Positions 20,530-30,493 of a DNA stretch of 64,000 bases are shown in pieces. The notes below the pieces were generated by a model, which saw only the letters and a program-made list of their open reading frames with translations, did not search any database and was not told the DNA's origin. This DNA is from Methanotrichaceae archaeon. Lineage in GTDB: Archaea; Halobacteriota; Methanosarcinia; Methanotrichales; Methanotrichaceae. The translations under genes were made by a program, and so were the position numbers. The first letter of the stretch is position 1, and the number at the start of each line of letters is the position of its first letter. The stretch lies in NCBI GenBank assembly GCA_963748825.1, contig CAVVKN010000023.1, positions 192,001 to 256,000 on the forward strand, in the 5' to 3' direction.

Positions 20530-20868
20530 ATGGCGAACGTGACATTAACGGACAATGCGTATGACATTGTGGAGCGTATTGACCAGCAGAAGAGAAGATT
20601 AAAGGTGGCGATTATGGGATCCTTCTTGCCGGCACTTCTCTGCTCAGTGTTGAGTGGGTATATTTATTTGGTATTCTCTCACCAAAAAGGAGGCTTATCC
20701 GATAGTAAAATAGTTGCAATAGCCCTGCTGGCTCTTATGTGCATCATCCTTTTGGGGATCGCGGTTAAAAAATTAATTAAATTCAGTAAATTGAATAATA
20801 AACTTAATCAGATTGAGGCTCTAGAAGAGACGATCTATAAAGAGGTTTTGAAATACCAGGTGGATTAA
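20530..20868 (+). CDS. Small two-TM membrane protein
   Basis: Two hydrophobic helices and a coiled-coil C-terminus; 4 nt after the wHTH gene. Confidence 0.65.
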   Translation: MANVTLTDNAYDIVERIDQQKRRLKVAIMGSFLPALLCSVLSGYIYLVFSHQKGGLSDSKIVAIALLALMCIILLGIAVKKLIKFSKLNNKLNQIEALEETIYKEVLKYQVD

Positions 20869-21162
20869 ACTGGCAAAACCGATGGCATAAGATGCCACTC
20901 TTCTTGCGCAAACTTTTTTTCCCAAAACCCGTTCCAAGTTAAATTCAAAATATCGATAAACATCGTTTTCGTCATCGCGAATTGAAATCGATCTTTTATA
21001 AAATGGAGGGCAGGAGCGGCCACTTGGTCAATAGTCCCTGTGACTTTTCGCCCCTGTATTGGGAAAGATACATCGTTGGGGAGGAAGGTTATTGAAATTG
21101 GGGAAGATAGATCCACGCGGAGGCAAATGTTTTGGAGGCAAGTGCAATCCTTTAGATCTACC

Positions 21163-22923
21163 CTAATCTATACTGTGTAGTACAACATAAATATCATTTG
21201 TGGAACGATTTGTGTCCCCAAATGTACTGTACCAAAGGTCCGGACGAACCAAAAGCGAATAGATCAATCTCAAGGAGAAATATCCCAGGGATTTATCCTT
21301 CATCTGAGGGGTTTGCGCTAATAGCCTCCAGTTTGTCCATCTTTCCGTTGCCTCTCTGGCCTTATAAAAACACCTCTCCAGAGCTATGGAGCTGCTCGAT
21401 TTATCTTCTTCGCGCATGGCTTCACACAGATTGTAGGTAAAGAGGCTCAGAGATCCAAACCATACTTCGTTGCTGGGCTGGTCTTCTTTGGACGAGACCA
21501 ATATCATCTGGCCGTTTTCGACAACATTCTCCAGTCCGCCGCTATTGCAGGCATCTACCACCAGGGCGACGCTTTTTAAGCCCTTTATGCTTTTTTGCAG
21601 CTCCTCAGCACTGATGTAACTGGTGACTTGTCCATTGCTGTCTTGAGGTATCAGGTATGTTTTATCGCCCTTCTTTTCGCCATGACCTGAGAAGTAAATG
21701 ACGACCTTGCCCACATCTTTCTTGTACCCCATTTCGCCCAGGGCTTTCTCCAGGATGTTGCTCTTGGTGGGCTTCTCGTCTGTAATATCTGTGAGCTTGA
21801 CGACATCATAGCCGTAGGATTTCAGGAGGCGGGCCATGGTCTCGGCGTCGTTGACGCTGGTGTGCAGACTGCTGCGATCGGTGTAGTTATTGATGCCGAC
21901 GACTATGGCGTAGTTCTTAAGGGAGCGGGCCTTTCTACCCAGATCCTGGCCTGCGGCCATTAAATCAGGATGTATCATTTCATCAGCATTGTCCCGGATC
22001 AGCCGATTAATGTTAGAATTGGTACCAGCTTCTATGTCTGATACACTGGTGACCTGTGCTTGAGCGGTTTCAATGCTCGATGTCTCGGAGAGGTATTTTA
22101 GATTGGGTATAATGTCTGTAACTGGCCCCGGAAATTGAACATTCCGGGATGAGGCGGGACTAGGCGCAGTGGTTTCGGTTACAATGGCCGTGTTTTCATT
22201 TTGGGGCGCGACATAGTCATTTTTATAAATATAATCGAAGTTCGAATTTATATCATTATTCGCATTCGAGAGAGGCAAAGTCATCTCTTGATTGGGTTTT
22301 TTCTCATAATAATAACTATTGATAGGATCTCCGACGGCGGCACCCCCATCAGCGATCAGAATTCTATCCTCGGAATCATCTTTAGAATAGATATTACGTA
22401 GATTTGAGCTTACTTCTAGTTGCAATTCATTTGGATTCGTCTCTAAAACATTTTCTTTAGATGCGGCACGGTAAAGATAACCCATATTCGTCCCGATTTT
22501 GCGGCCGGTATCAGTACTAGCGATCCGAACATTCTGGGCATATGCAGTGTATTGGCTTACCAGGTCCAAGTTCTGATCATCTCTAGTTGGATAGTGTTTC
22601 GGGCCAGATCCTTCTTCAGGATTTTCGAGATCGTATGACGCATATGTGATATTCTCAAACAGCTTATCCATGGAAGACGGAGAATGCTCCATCGAGACCT
22701 GAACAAGGGGGATCGACTTGGATTCCAAGCTATTGTCACTGTACGACGGCAAACTTGCAGGAACAACGGGTTGCAGGTCTCCATTCGTCAATAATTGGAG
22801 AGCAGCCTCGGTAGAAGGCGCATGCTCTTGCACTTGATCCAGAGCCAGCCCCAAAGGTGCAATTGCTACAATCATCAACAAAATCCAGATTCTTCTATCC
22901 AATTGCACCAGCCCCAAAGGCAA
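21163..22923 (-). CDS. Caspase-family (C14, metacaspase-like) peptidase with signal peptide and long N-terminal region
   Basis: YAIVVGINNY, VNDAETM, IYFSGHG (His), VVDACNSG (Cys), SLFTYNL; hydrophobic N-terminus WILLMIVAIAPLGLA. Confidence 0.85.
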   Translation of the reverse strand: MPLGLVQLDRRIWILLMIVAIAPLGLALDQVQEHAPSTEAALQLLTNGDLQPVVPASLPSYSDNSLESKSIPLVQVSMEHSPSSMDKLFENITYASYDLENPEEGSGPKHYPTRDDQNLDLVSQYTAYAQNVRIASTDTGRKIGTNMGYLYRAASKENVLETNPNELQLEVSSNLRNIYSKDDSEDRILIADGGAAVGDPINSYYYEKKPNQEMTLPLSNANNDINSNFDYIYKNDYVAPQNENTAIVTETTAPSPASSRNVQFPGPVTDIIPNLKYLSETSSIETAQAQVTSVSDIEAGTNSNINRLIRDNADEMIHPDLMAAGQDLGRKARSLKNYAIVVGINNYTDRSSLHTSVNDAETMARLLKSYGYDVVKLTDITDEKPTKSNILEKALGEMGYKKDVGKVVIYFSGHGEKKGDKTYLIPQDSNGQVTSYISAEELQKSIKGLKSVALVVDACNSGGLENVVENGQMILVSSKEDQPSNEVWFGSLSLFTYNLCEAMREEDKSSSSIALERCFYKAREATERWTNWRLLAQTPQMKDKSLGYFSLRLIYSLLVRPDLWYSTFGDTNRSTNDIYVVLHSID

Positions 22924-23158
22924 GACCCTCGCCGGATCGCGCTAACGGATACAACGCGAGGCCTTCCAATATATATCATAATCGTCATTACGCTATAAAA
23001 AGTTTCTGATTTGAGAAATACTAGGAATCATACGAAAAAAGCAATTCTTATCAAGAGCTCCGATCTGTATTACGGACATCTCTTAATTAGTTATAGTTCA
23101 TGGCAATTTATCTTATAGATATGAGGATTAATAATATATATGTAACGGAGGCAAGGAT

Positions 23159-23710
23159 TTGAAGCTGCAGCCGCTCTTGATAATTGTGATACTGACAATG
23201 CTAATTCAGGGTTGGGCAGCTTGCTCTGAGGACCAGAGTAAAAAGATCCTTCAGTTTAACCCTCGTCTGGCACTAAGCTCAGGAACTTTTTCGGATAAGA
23301 GTTTAGGTCAATTCATTCTTCCGGATGGCATGATAGTGCCAAACCCAGATCAAACATCAGTTGGTATTCCTATGATGGGTGAAATTAGCCAGGATCTCAA
23401 AGCGATCCTGCAAGTGCCCCTAGGAACCAGCGACCTTTCTTCAGCCATCGGAGATTCAAACCAGGATGATTGGAAAAGGCAACTGGAAAGCGGCTTCAGT
23501 CAGATCCTAGAGATGCGGGTTGAATCAAATGATCAGGGAGAATTATCCAGTGAATTCTCTATCAACCAGGGAATTGCTGATGACGTTAATTCCAATATGA
23601 TTAGCTTGATAGATAACGGGGAGAAATGGGACATGTCCTGGGGTATGGATTTGGATCCTCAAGAATTAGCGAGATCTGTGTCTAGCGCAATAAACGACGT
23701 TACCCCATGA
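23159..23710 (+). CDS. Hypothetical exported protein
   Basis: Signal peptide KLQPLLIIVILTMLIQGWAAC. Confidence 0.65.
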   Translation: MKLQPLLIIVILTMLIQGWAACSEDQSKKILQFNPRLALSSGTFSDKSLGQFILPDGMIVPNPDQTSVGIPMMGEISQDLKAILQVPLGTSDLSSAIGDSNQDDWKRQLESGFSQILEMRVESNDQGELSSEFSINQGIADDVNSNMISLIDNGEKWDMSWGMDLDPQELARSVSSAINDVTP

Positions 23711-24105
23711 GCAACGAACGAACAATTAAAATTGCATACCCTGCGGCAGATGCGGATAATTCATGCCAAGATAATTTTTAGAAATATTTTAATATTTATT
23801 TTATTCCGGCGGCAAAGGCAAGAGGATGCATTTCATATTCATAATTTTGCATGCCTGGCCCAAAATAAAAAAACATTTCTATAAATATTCCTAAGGGTTA
23901 AATAGTATGCGATTCACGAGAATTCAAAGAGGTAATGGATGGATAAACATAGTGGCCCTCAAATGTCGCAGATCCAAGATTACATCTATCGGATCTTGGC
24001 CATCTTCTCAGCAACTTTTTCTTTCAATTCTCAGAATACACGGCCTCACGAAGAATACTTTATTTGCCAGAAAGCCAAACCATCAATTAAGGAGTAGATC
24101 AGATT

Positions 24106-24753
24106 ATGAAAGGGCATGCTTCACAAGTTTCAATCCTGATAATATCTCTCATTCTAATACAGCTAAGCGGCATTCTTGCCTTTGCAGAAGACGAGGATAT
24201 AAGTCAGGAGGCGGCCGAATCTTTAGCCGTGATGGCTGCCCAGGATACCTCCGAGGATGTTCCTTCTGTGGAGGAATACATCAATCGCACCAATGCCGAA
24301 CCGGTCCCAGTCATTATTAGTTCGCCCAATCCCAGAGAAAGCCGTGCTAATTGGCTGCAAGGCAATAATGGGGATCTAAACGACTCAACATACCTGAATC
24401 TGATAGAACTGATAAGGACACAGTACCAGGAGGATCTCAATTATTCCTCATATATTCTTGATGAATTTGTCAAGAAGAAGATCGATGCCAGAGCGGCCAT
24501 GACAACAACCATGACCCTGTTTATTCTGACCTCAGAAACCGTGGATATGGTGGACCAGATTAAGCCGCCCGCCAAGTTCGAAGAGTACCAGAATACCACC
24601 CAGTTGGCTTTGATCAATTTGGAAGGGTACTTGTGGAATATGGTCAAGTTCTACGAGACCAACAGGCGAGTCTATGCCATGCAGGCGCATGATAACTTCA
24701 ACCGCAGCATGAGCTATTATGAAAAAGGAGCTAATTTCTCCAAACAGTTCTGA
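24106..24753 (+). CDS. Hypothetical exported helical protein
   Basis: Signal peptide; aggag RBS upstream; 215 aa. Confidence 0.7.
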   Translation: MKGHASQVSILIISLILIQLSGILAFAEDEDISQEAAESLAVMAAQDTSEDVPSVEEYINRTNAEPVPVIISSPNPRESRANWLQGNNGDLNDSTYLNLIELIRTQYQEDLNYSSYILDEFVKKKIDARAAMTTTMTLFILTSETVDMVDQIKPPAKFEEYQNTTQLALINLEGYLWNMVKFYETNRRVYAMQAHDNFNRSMSYYEKGANFSKQF

Positions 24754-25004
24754 AAATCTTTTGCGAGAAGGCAAAAATAGCGGCTATGATCAAGAATTTT
24801 CATATACGCGTCGTTTGGTTAATATGCCACCGGATACACGGCGGTTTTCTCAAAAATGCTTTCGTGCAGCAATAATTCATAAGCCATAACGTCTGGATTT
24901 CGCGCGGGAAATGCCAGAAACTATCATATCTCATTATGCAAAAATGTAAGTTCACAAATCCCAGCAAATCCAAGTTGCCATTAAATATATAGTATTGTAT
25001 CAAG

Positions 25005-26672
25005 CCTAAACTCCGGCCCTTTTAATAACCAGGTTAGCCTCGATGGGAATTCCAATCTTCATCTTCTCCAGGATCGTTCTCTGTTTTTTTGAGATCTCCG
25101 TTAACCTCCATTTGCCGCCGACTTTAACTGCCCTGAGCTTTGCCAGTTCCAAGAGAATCTCTTCGATGGATTTCTTATCAAGCAGCTCCGACTCCCTGGC
25201 CTTTCTAAGCAATATCGCTCTCATGATCAACGATACGAAGAAAATGAATAGCAATCCCTGAAGCGTTTCAATCTTATGTACTCTCAGAGGCATAGCCTCA
25301 AGCTCATTCTTCAGATCATCAAACTTCTTCTCGACTTCATCCCTTTCGCGATAGAGTGAAAGCACTTCGTCCCATCTTCGTTTGGTCGCTGAAAGAAGAA
25401 TTGTCTTGCCAAATCGGTTTGAAGCCTGCGATATGGCATTTATTCTCCTGCGAAGGTGGATCGTTTTTCCCTCCACAATGCACTCCAAGTATCTTTCAAA
25501 ATTGCCTGCTGTCCGCTTGAATTCTCCAATCGGGTTTTTGAACTCTTTTCCATTGATTGCTGATTCGATATCGATCAGTCTGTTGTAGAACGAATTTGTC
25601 TCTGATCCTTCCCGCTTCTGATTAAACAAGACATATCCATAGGCATTGACTTCACCAATTAAGACCTCGCTTTCCAAGACGTAGAATATGTCTCCGCCGA
25701 ACCTCTTTGCATTGGCCGGATTTTCGATATCTTTGTTCGTCTCGCTGATAAGACCCTTGCCGATATTAACGCTAAAAGGAAGCGGAAGAATGAAATCAAT
25801 CTCTTCGGCAGTCATTTCTTTAATATTGCTCTCGCGGTAGAATCCTCGATCCAGAATGAAGAGACTCTTTGCAATGCCAAATGCTTTTATTTCAGCTACA
25901 AGATTCTTCAAAGTCACAACATCGCTGATGCTTCCAGGAAACAACTTGAAGTAAAGAGGTAAGTGATTGTTCAATGAAAGCACCAAGCCCAGGTTGACTT
26001 GAGGCAGGTCCAAGCCATCGCGGTTATATCCCCATTCCAACCAATCGATATTTCGCGAGGCTGAGGAGAGCGAAGTGATATCGAATATCAGCGTCTCATC
26101 TTCGCCAGCTATCAAAGAGTTGTAGAATGTGGTCATAGCGGCTTCTTTGGTGGATAATCGCTCCAGGAAACTTGAGAGCCACTGAGAGCTGAATGTCTCT
26201 TTTAGAGAGTACATCTCCGGCAGAAACGAGTCCTCTAGAACGTGGTGAAGGTTCTTAAGAGAGGTCTGATGCAGTAACCTGCTCATCGCAACAGCAAGAA
26301 TCAAATCTCCGTCCTTGCCAAACGCTTCAGAGAGCTTCTTTCTAAGCTGGATTTCATTGCCCACAGAATCAAGAAGATAAGCAGGACCCAATGATTTCGT
26401 CGTCTTGACATCACGTTCGGCGACCTTCGGAATGAGCTTTCCTGAAGTCTCATCCCAGACGCCAAGATAATTGCGTTTTTGCCTGGATTGCTTCTTCTCA
26501 GTGTCCCAAAAATTTTCGGCTTCGTAAACGTAAGTATGCCCGCGAATCTTCTGCTTGACCAGATACGTCATAGCTAAGAGTAATAACCATAATAGTATAT
26601 AAACCCTTCGGTAAATTCGCTGACGGAAGAGTTCAATACGAAAAATGGTTACTGCAAAGGCCGGAGTTTAGG
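25005..26672 (-). mobile_element. Complete IS1634-family insertion sequence
   Basis: 14-bp perfect TIRs cctaaactccggcc / ggccggagtttagg; 6-bp TSD atcaag at 24999-25004 and 26673-26678. Confidence 0.92.
25006..26571 (-). CDS. IS1634-family DDE transposase
   Basis: FDITSLSS, WGYNRDG.DLPQVNLGL, ILDRGFY, YRERDEVEKKFDDLK. Confidence 0.9.
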   Translation of the reverse strand: MTYLVKQKIRGHTYVYEAENFWDTEKKQSRQKRNYLGVWDETSGKLIPKVAERDVKTTKSLGPAYLLDSVGNEIQLRKKLSEAFGKDGDLILAVAMSRLLHQTSLKNLHHVLEDSFLPEMYSLKETFSSQWLSSFLERLSTKEAAMTTFYNSLIAGEDETLIFDITSLSSASRNIDWLEWGYNRDGLDLPQVNLGLVLSLNNHLPLYFKLFPGSISDVVTLKNLVAEIKAFGIAKSLFILDRGFYRESNIKEMTAEEIDFILPLPFSVNIGKGLISETNKDIENPANAKRFGGDIFYVLESEVLIGEVNAYGYVLFNQKREGSETNSFYNRLIDIESAINGKEFKNPIGEFKRTAGNFERYLECIVEGKTIHLRRRINAISQASNRFGKTILLSATKRRWDEVLSLYRERDEVEKKFDDLKNELEAMPLRVHKIETLQGLLFIFFVSLIMRAILLRKARESELLDKKSIEEILLELAKLRAVKVGGKWRLTEISKKQRTILEKMKIGIPIEANLVIKRAGV

Positions 26673-26919
26673 ATCAAGACAAATTTTTTTATAATTATCT
26701 AATGGCCTGTTTTGTGCATAGTACCTATTTCTAATATGAATTTGTAGACAAGATATCAAATTAGAATAGAAAAATCTAAATCAAAATCAAAATAATTGTG
26801 TCTTAAGACCGGTTCTTTATCCTTTAACTAGAAAAACTTACTAGTTTAGTTTGTAATCTCTTGAAAAGCCATAACTCGACAAGAGATTGGGGAAGATAGA
26901 ACAAAGGAGGCAAGAAGAT

Positions 26920-27798
26920 ATGAAAATGTTCGTAGCATTAGTGGCTTTGCTGGCTCTGGTCGGCTCAGCCATGGCATGGGATATTAGCGATACTCTAACC
27001 TATACAAATGTAAAGACGGGTTTTGAACAGGGTGGATATGGAAATGTCCTCCCCCAAGTCATTGGAACTACGAGTGGAGCATACGTCAAAGAGCCCAACG
27101 ATCTATATGCGGATATGTGGGCACAAGTCGACAACAAGCTTCTCACCGCTACCTTGGATAGATCCAACGACCAATTGAATCCCGAATATGACGCTGATGG
27201 AAATAACTTCTACACAAAGCTGACTCAGGGCGGTGCAGCTACAGTATCTGTATCCTGTAAAGATACCATCGACACAGCCCCCGAGATTACTGGAAATGCA
27301 AATGCATACCAGAATCTATGGGTTGGTGGCGAATTCGCTGAGGCTGCCGCCACATTCGACAGCAGGGCAATTGTAGGATTCTCGGATATTCCAGCTAGTA
27401 CCTATAATGGTCCCGAGACTGCTCAGCACTTTGTCGTCACAGATGTTAAGTCTGCCAGCTCTTCTATCGATGCAAGCGCACATGGATCAGGCCTGTTTAA
27501 TACTGCTGATATGGGCGTCAAGGTAACTGCCGACATCCAACAGAATTACGTAGGCAGCGGATGGGCAGAGCCAACATACTCCGGTGGTATCAATATGTGG
27601 GCAAGCTTCGCTGGTGCCTGCGATCCGCACTGCGCGAACCCGATCATGACAAGCGTCTCTGGCACAGCAGGAACCTCAATGTTCCCAGCCAATGGAGTCG
27701 AACTGACAACCAACAGCCCATTCACCCAATCTAACGTGGGCGATGTGGCCTACTGGGGATCCAACTTCGCAACAGATCCCAACCTTCAGGGCGTATAA
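26920..27798 (+). CDS. Hypothetical exported beta-rich protein
   Basis: aggagg RBS; signal peptide MKMFVALVALLALVGSAMA; G/A/S/T/N-rich; CDPHC motif. Confidence 0.8.
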   Translation: MKMFVALVALLALVGSAMAWDISDTLTYTNVKTGFEQGGYGNVLPQVIGTTSGAYVKEPNDLYADMWAQVDNKLLTATLDRSNDQLNPEYDADGNNFYTKLTQGGAATVSVSCKDTIDTAPEITGNANAYQNLWVGGEFAEAAATFDSRAIVGFSDIPASTYNGPETAQHFVVTDVKSASSSIDASAHGSGLFNTADMGVKVTADIQQNYVGSGWAEPTYSGGINMWASFAGACDPHCANPIMTSVSGTAGTSMFPANGVELTTNSPFTQSNVGDVAYWGSNFATDPNLQGV

Positions 27799-27845
27799 GT
27801 AGCGGCAAAGACTGTGAAAATGCAAAATAGAATGGATGGAGGTGC

Positions 27846-28577
27846 TTGAAAATGCGGATGGCTCTGATTGTGCTGATTGGGATAGTGGCATTAGCTGGCC
27901 AATCTAGCGGGATCACCCAGACGAGCGCCTTCACCAATTCTTTTTTGGTGAGCAGTTTTTCTGAAGTAGCAGCATCAAGGACCATATCAGAAAGTTCTGT
28001 AACATCTCCAGATCTGAATTATATATCTCATGGACAGGTTGACTCCTATGTCATCCAGCCTGGCGGAGGTGCAGCAACAATAAGCCAAACTATCGAGTCC
28101 ACGGCCCAAAATTATAATGGATTAGGGGGCGGGGCATCCTTCAGCAGCAAGGTAACCGCCACCGATGTTACAAACTCATATATAATAATGAAAGGAACGT
28201 CAACTGCCGAGGTATGTAACAAACAAGATAATTCCAAGATAAAAAGCCAGACATTCGGAATGGGTATGGCCAAACCCGGAGAAGGCGAATATTCCTTTGA
28301 AGTGAATGGGGCTCAAAATACCAAATCTGACATGGTCCCAGCGCTTGCAACAATAGTGGATTACACTAAATTGCTTGATAAAGAGTTAATTGTGGCCTTT
28401 GAGCAGATACCAACGGAGTTTGAGCAGACCCCAGATATTCTGCAGCAGGAAGTCAACTTTAATTACGCTACGTCCAATAATCAGCCAACCTATTACGGCT
28501 ACGACTTTACGAGCACGATCGCAGTTGATGATACTATGTGTAGCTCCTCTATGAGCCTCTCGCATATAAATTATTAG
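27846..28577 (+). CDS. Hypothetical exported protein
   Basis: ggaggtg RBS; signal peptide; S/T-rich. Confidence 0.75.
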   Translation: MKMRMALIVLIGIVALAGQSSGITQTSAFTNSFLVSSFSEVAASRTISESSVTSPDLNYISHGQVDSYVIQPGGGAATISQTIESTAQNYNGLGGGASFSSKVTATDVTNSYIIMKGTSTAEVCNKQDNSKIKSQTFGMGMAKPGEGEYSFEVNGAQNTKSDMVPALATIVDYTKLLDKELIVAFEQIPTEFEQTPDILQQEVNFNYATSNNQPTYYGYDFTSTIAVDDTMCSSSMSLSHINY

Positions 28578-28584
28578 GACTATT

Positions 28585-29823
28585 ATGAGAACAATATTAA
28601 TTGGAATTCTGCTATTAACATCGTGCGTGATGTGCACTGATGCTCATATAAGTCTGCAGATGAGTTATTATAACTCTGATGACGATATGTCCATGTCCCT
28701 AGAAGGCGCAAACCTGGCCTTTGAATCATTTTGTACCATTGAGCCCCATTCGCTGACATATAGCAATGGTGGCTCATCCAAACAACCACAGGCAGAGTAT
28801 TCCTATTCCCTTGCTCTAAATGGGGAAACCACGTTCTCCAGTGCCGAGACGGATTCGGGAATGTTTGGCTGGAGTGGAAACGTTGATGCCGGCGGTGATC
28901 TCGGCTTAGATTCGCTAAAGGTATCTACCGTAAGCGCGGTCAAGGATGGAAGCCTCAATGTAGCCTATGGGAATGATGATCTTAAGGTCCAGGAAATGGT
29001 TGAAGCAGAGAAGTCAGGATATCAACAGCAGGCGCAACTCGGTCCAAACACAGTTTTCTCCAAAGGATCAGGTTCTACTCTCCAGCCTGTTACGGGATTG
29101 GCAGAAATTCTCTTAGCAAGCACTAAACAATCTAGCTTTGATACCACAGAGACTGAGGATGATACAGCCGAAAAAGGGGAAACATCCGAGAGTTCAAATG
29201 CTCTCAAAACAGATAGTGCTAACCTGGAAAGTTCCAATGATGCGGCAGAATCTACGACTTCCAGCGACGCTGGCAGTAACCCTGAATCGGATCCTGCATC
29301 CAGCGAAAGCCAATCTCAAGGCATAAGATACACCATTAATGTGCAGAATATCCCGAAAAATAAGCAAGGCACTATAGATTCCGATGTCATGGGACGAACG
29401 GAAGCACAATGGGCCACACAGGTCAAATCGGAATCAGATGAATATTATTCATTTGGAGTAAAGACGAGAGGCATAGGCTTTGCGCCTATTGATGAGTTAG
29501 ACATGATTGGTAAGGCAACAGGATTTCCTATTCAGATCCTCCCCCCCGGAAACGTAAAAATAAGCTACAAGGATAAAACCGATTCAGAAACGTCAGAATC
29601 TTGGGATCCTTGGGCTGAACCTTTGGAGAAATATCTAAAATTGATTGATCAACAATCACGAAATTTCGATTCTGCATATGCCGGAAAGAGTACTCCTGCC
29701 CTATGGTACTATATAGAAAATGTGTATGAGAATAAGATTCCTGCGAATATATATTATAACCCCAATCTCATGGGTTTGGAACAATATCAGCTTAGCATGG
29801 AATTCAAGGTTAGTGAAGAATAA
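28585..29823 (+). CDS. Hypothetical exported protein with an acidic S/T/E/D linker
   Basis: Signal peptide; 7 nt after the previous gene; low-complexity linker in the middle. Confidence 0.75.
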   Translation: MRTILIGILLLTSCVMCTDAHISLQMSYYNSDDDMSMSLEGANLAFESFCTIEPHSLTYSNGGSSKQPQAEYSYSLALNGETTFSSAETDSGMFGWSGNVDAGGDLGLDSLKVSTVSAVKDGSLNVAYGNDDLKVQEMVEAEKSGYQQQAQLGPNTVFSKGSGSTLQPVTGLAEILLASTKQSSFDTTETEDDTAEKGETSESSNALKTDSANLESSNDAAESTTSSDAGSNPESDPASSESQSQGIRYTINVQNIPKNKQGTIDSDVMGRTEAQWATQVKSESDEYYSFGVKTRGIGFAPIDELDMIGKATGFPIQILPPGNVKISYKDKTDSETSESWDPWAEPLEKYLKLIDQQSRNFDSAYAGKSTPALWYYIENVYENKIPANIYYNPNLMGLEQYQLSMEFKVSEE

Positions 29824-29925
29824 TTAAATCTAAATTATTTTATAGCATACCAGCATTCGCAATGGCTAAAAGGTGTGAGAAGAACGATAATTCTGATTCG
29901 AAGACTTTCTAAAAAAAATTAAACA

Positions 29926-29975
29926 GCGTGCGGCCACTCCGCCCTAAAGGACAGGGAATGCTTCGGGCCGCACGC
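29926..29975. repeat. Short palindromic element resembling an IS200/IS605-type end hairpin
   Basis: Perfect 10-bp inverted repeat gcgtgcggcc / ggccgcacgc enclosing ccgccctaaaggacaggg. Confidence 0.55.
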
Positions 29976-29999
29976 CCGGTTAGCGGGAACTCAGAAAAT

Positions 30000-30493
30000 G
30001 TCGAGTTTGGTTGTCCAAATCCCTTTGATCTGCACTATTAAAACGCCCACGAGCCCAGGCAGGGGCTCACACGTGACGGATGGAAAACCACATATTGTTA
30101 TCCGGTCACGTTAAGCCCGGATATGGGCTGTGAAAGCTGACAAGTTTATGGGACGCTTGATCCCGTGATTGAAACAGGCCAAGATCCCCCCAAATACGGG
30201 ACTGCGTCGTAGAAGGCGTATGGGAAATTATCCCATCACAGGAAAAGATCATCTGCCCATATCAGGCAGAGACGTATATGAAAAGACGAAGAGATGGAGT
30301 TTGCGGAGCAGATGTCCATAAAGATCTGATCGTTGCCACAATAACTGGCGATGATGTGCTGGGTTTCCTAGCTATTTCGTGTGGGTGTAGCAGGAGATGC
30401 ACAACCTCTGGAATGTCAACCTAGCCATTCGGGCCAAGTGGTTAGTTATCCTGCGTGTCGATTTCTGGAACCCTGCTCCGGATCCCATTTCAT
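30000..30493 (+). mobile_element. Internally deleted (non-autonomous) IS110-family element with structured non-coding ends
   Basis: ORF 30278-30424 begins MKRRRDGVCGADVHKDLIVATI (IS110 DEDD N-terminal motif) and then breaks off; hairpin-rich flanks; ends in tttcat; left boundary inferred. Confidence 0.65.
30278..30424 (+). pseudogene. IS110-family recombinase N-terminal fragment (48 codons)
   Basis: CGADVHKD with the first catalytic Asp; below the ORF-track length cutoff. Confidence 0.7.
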
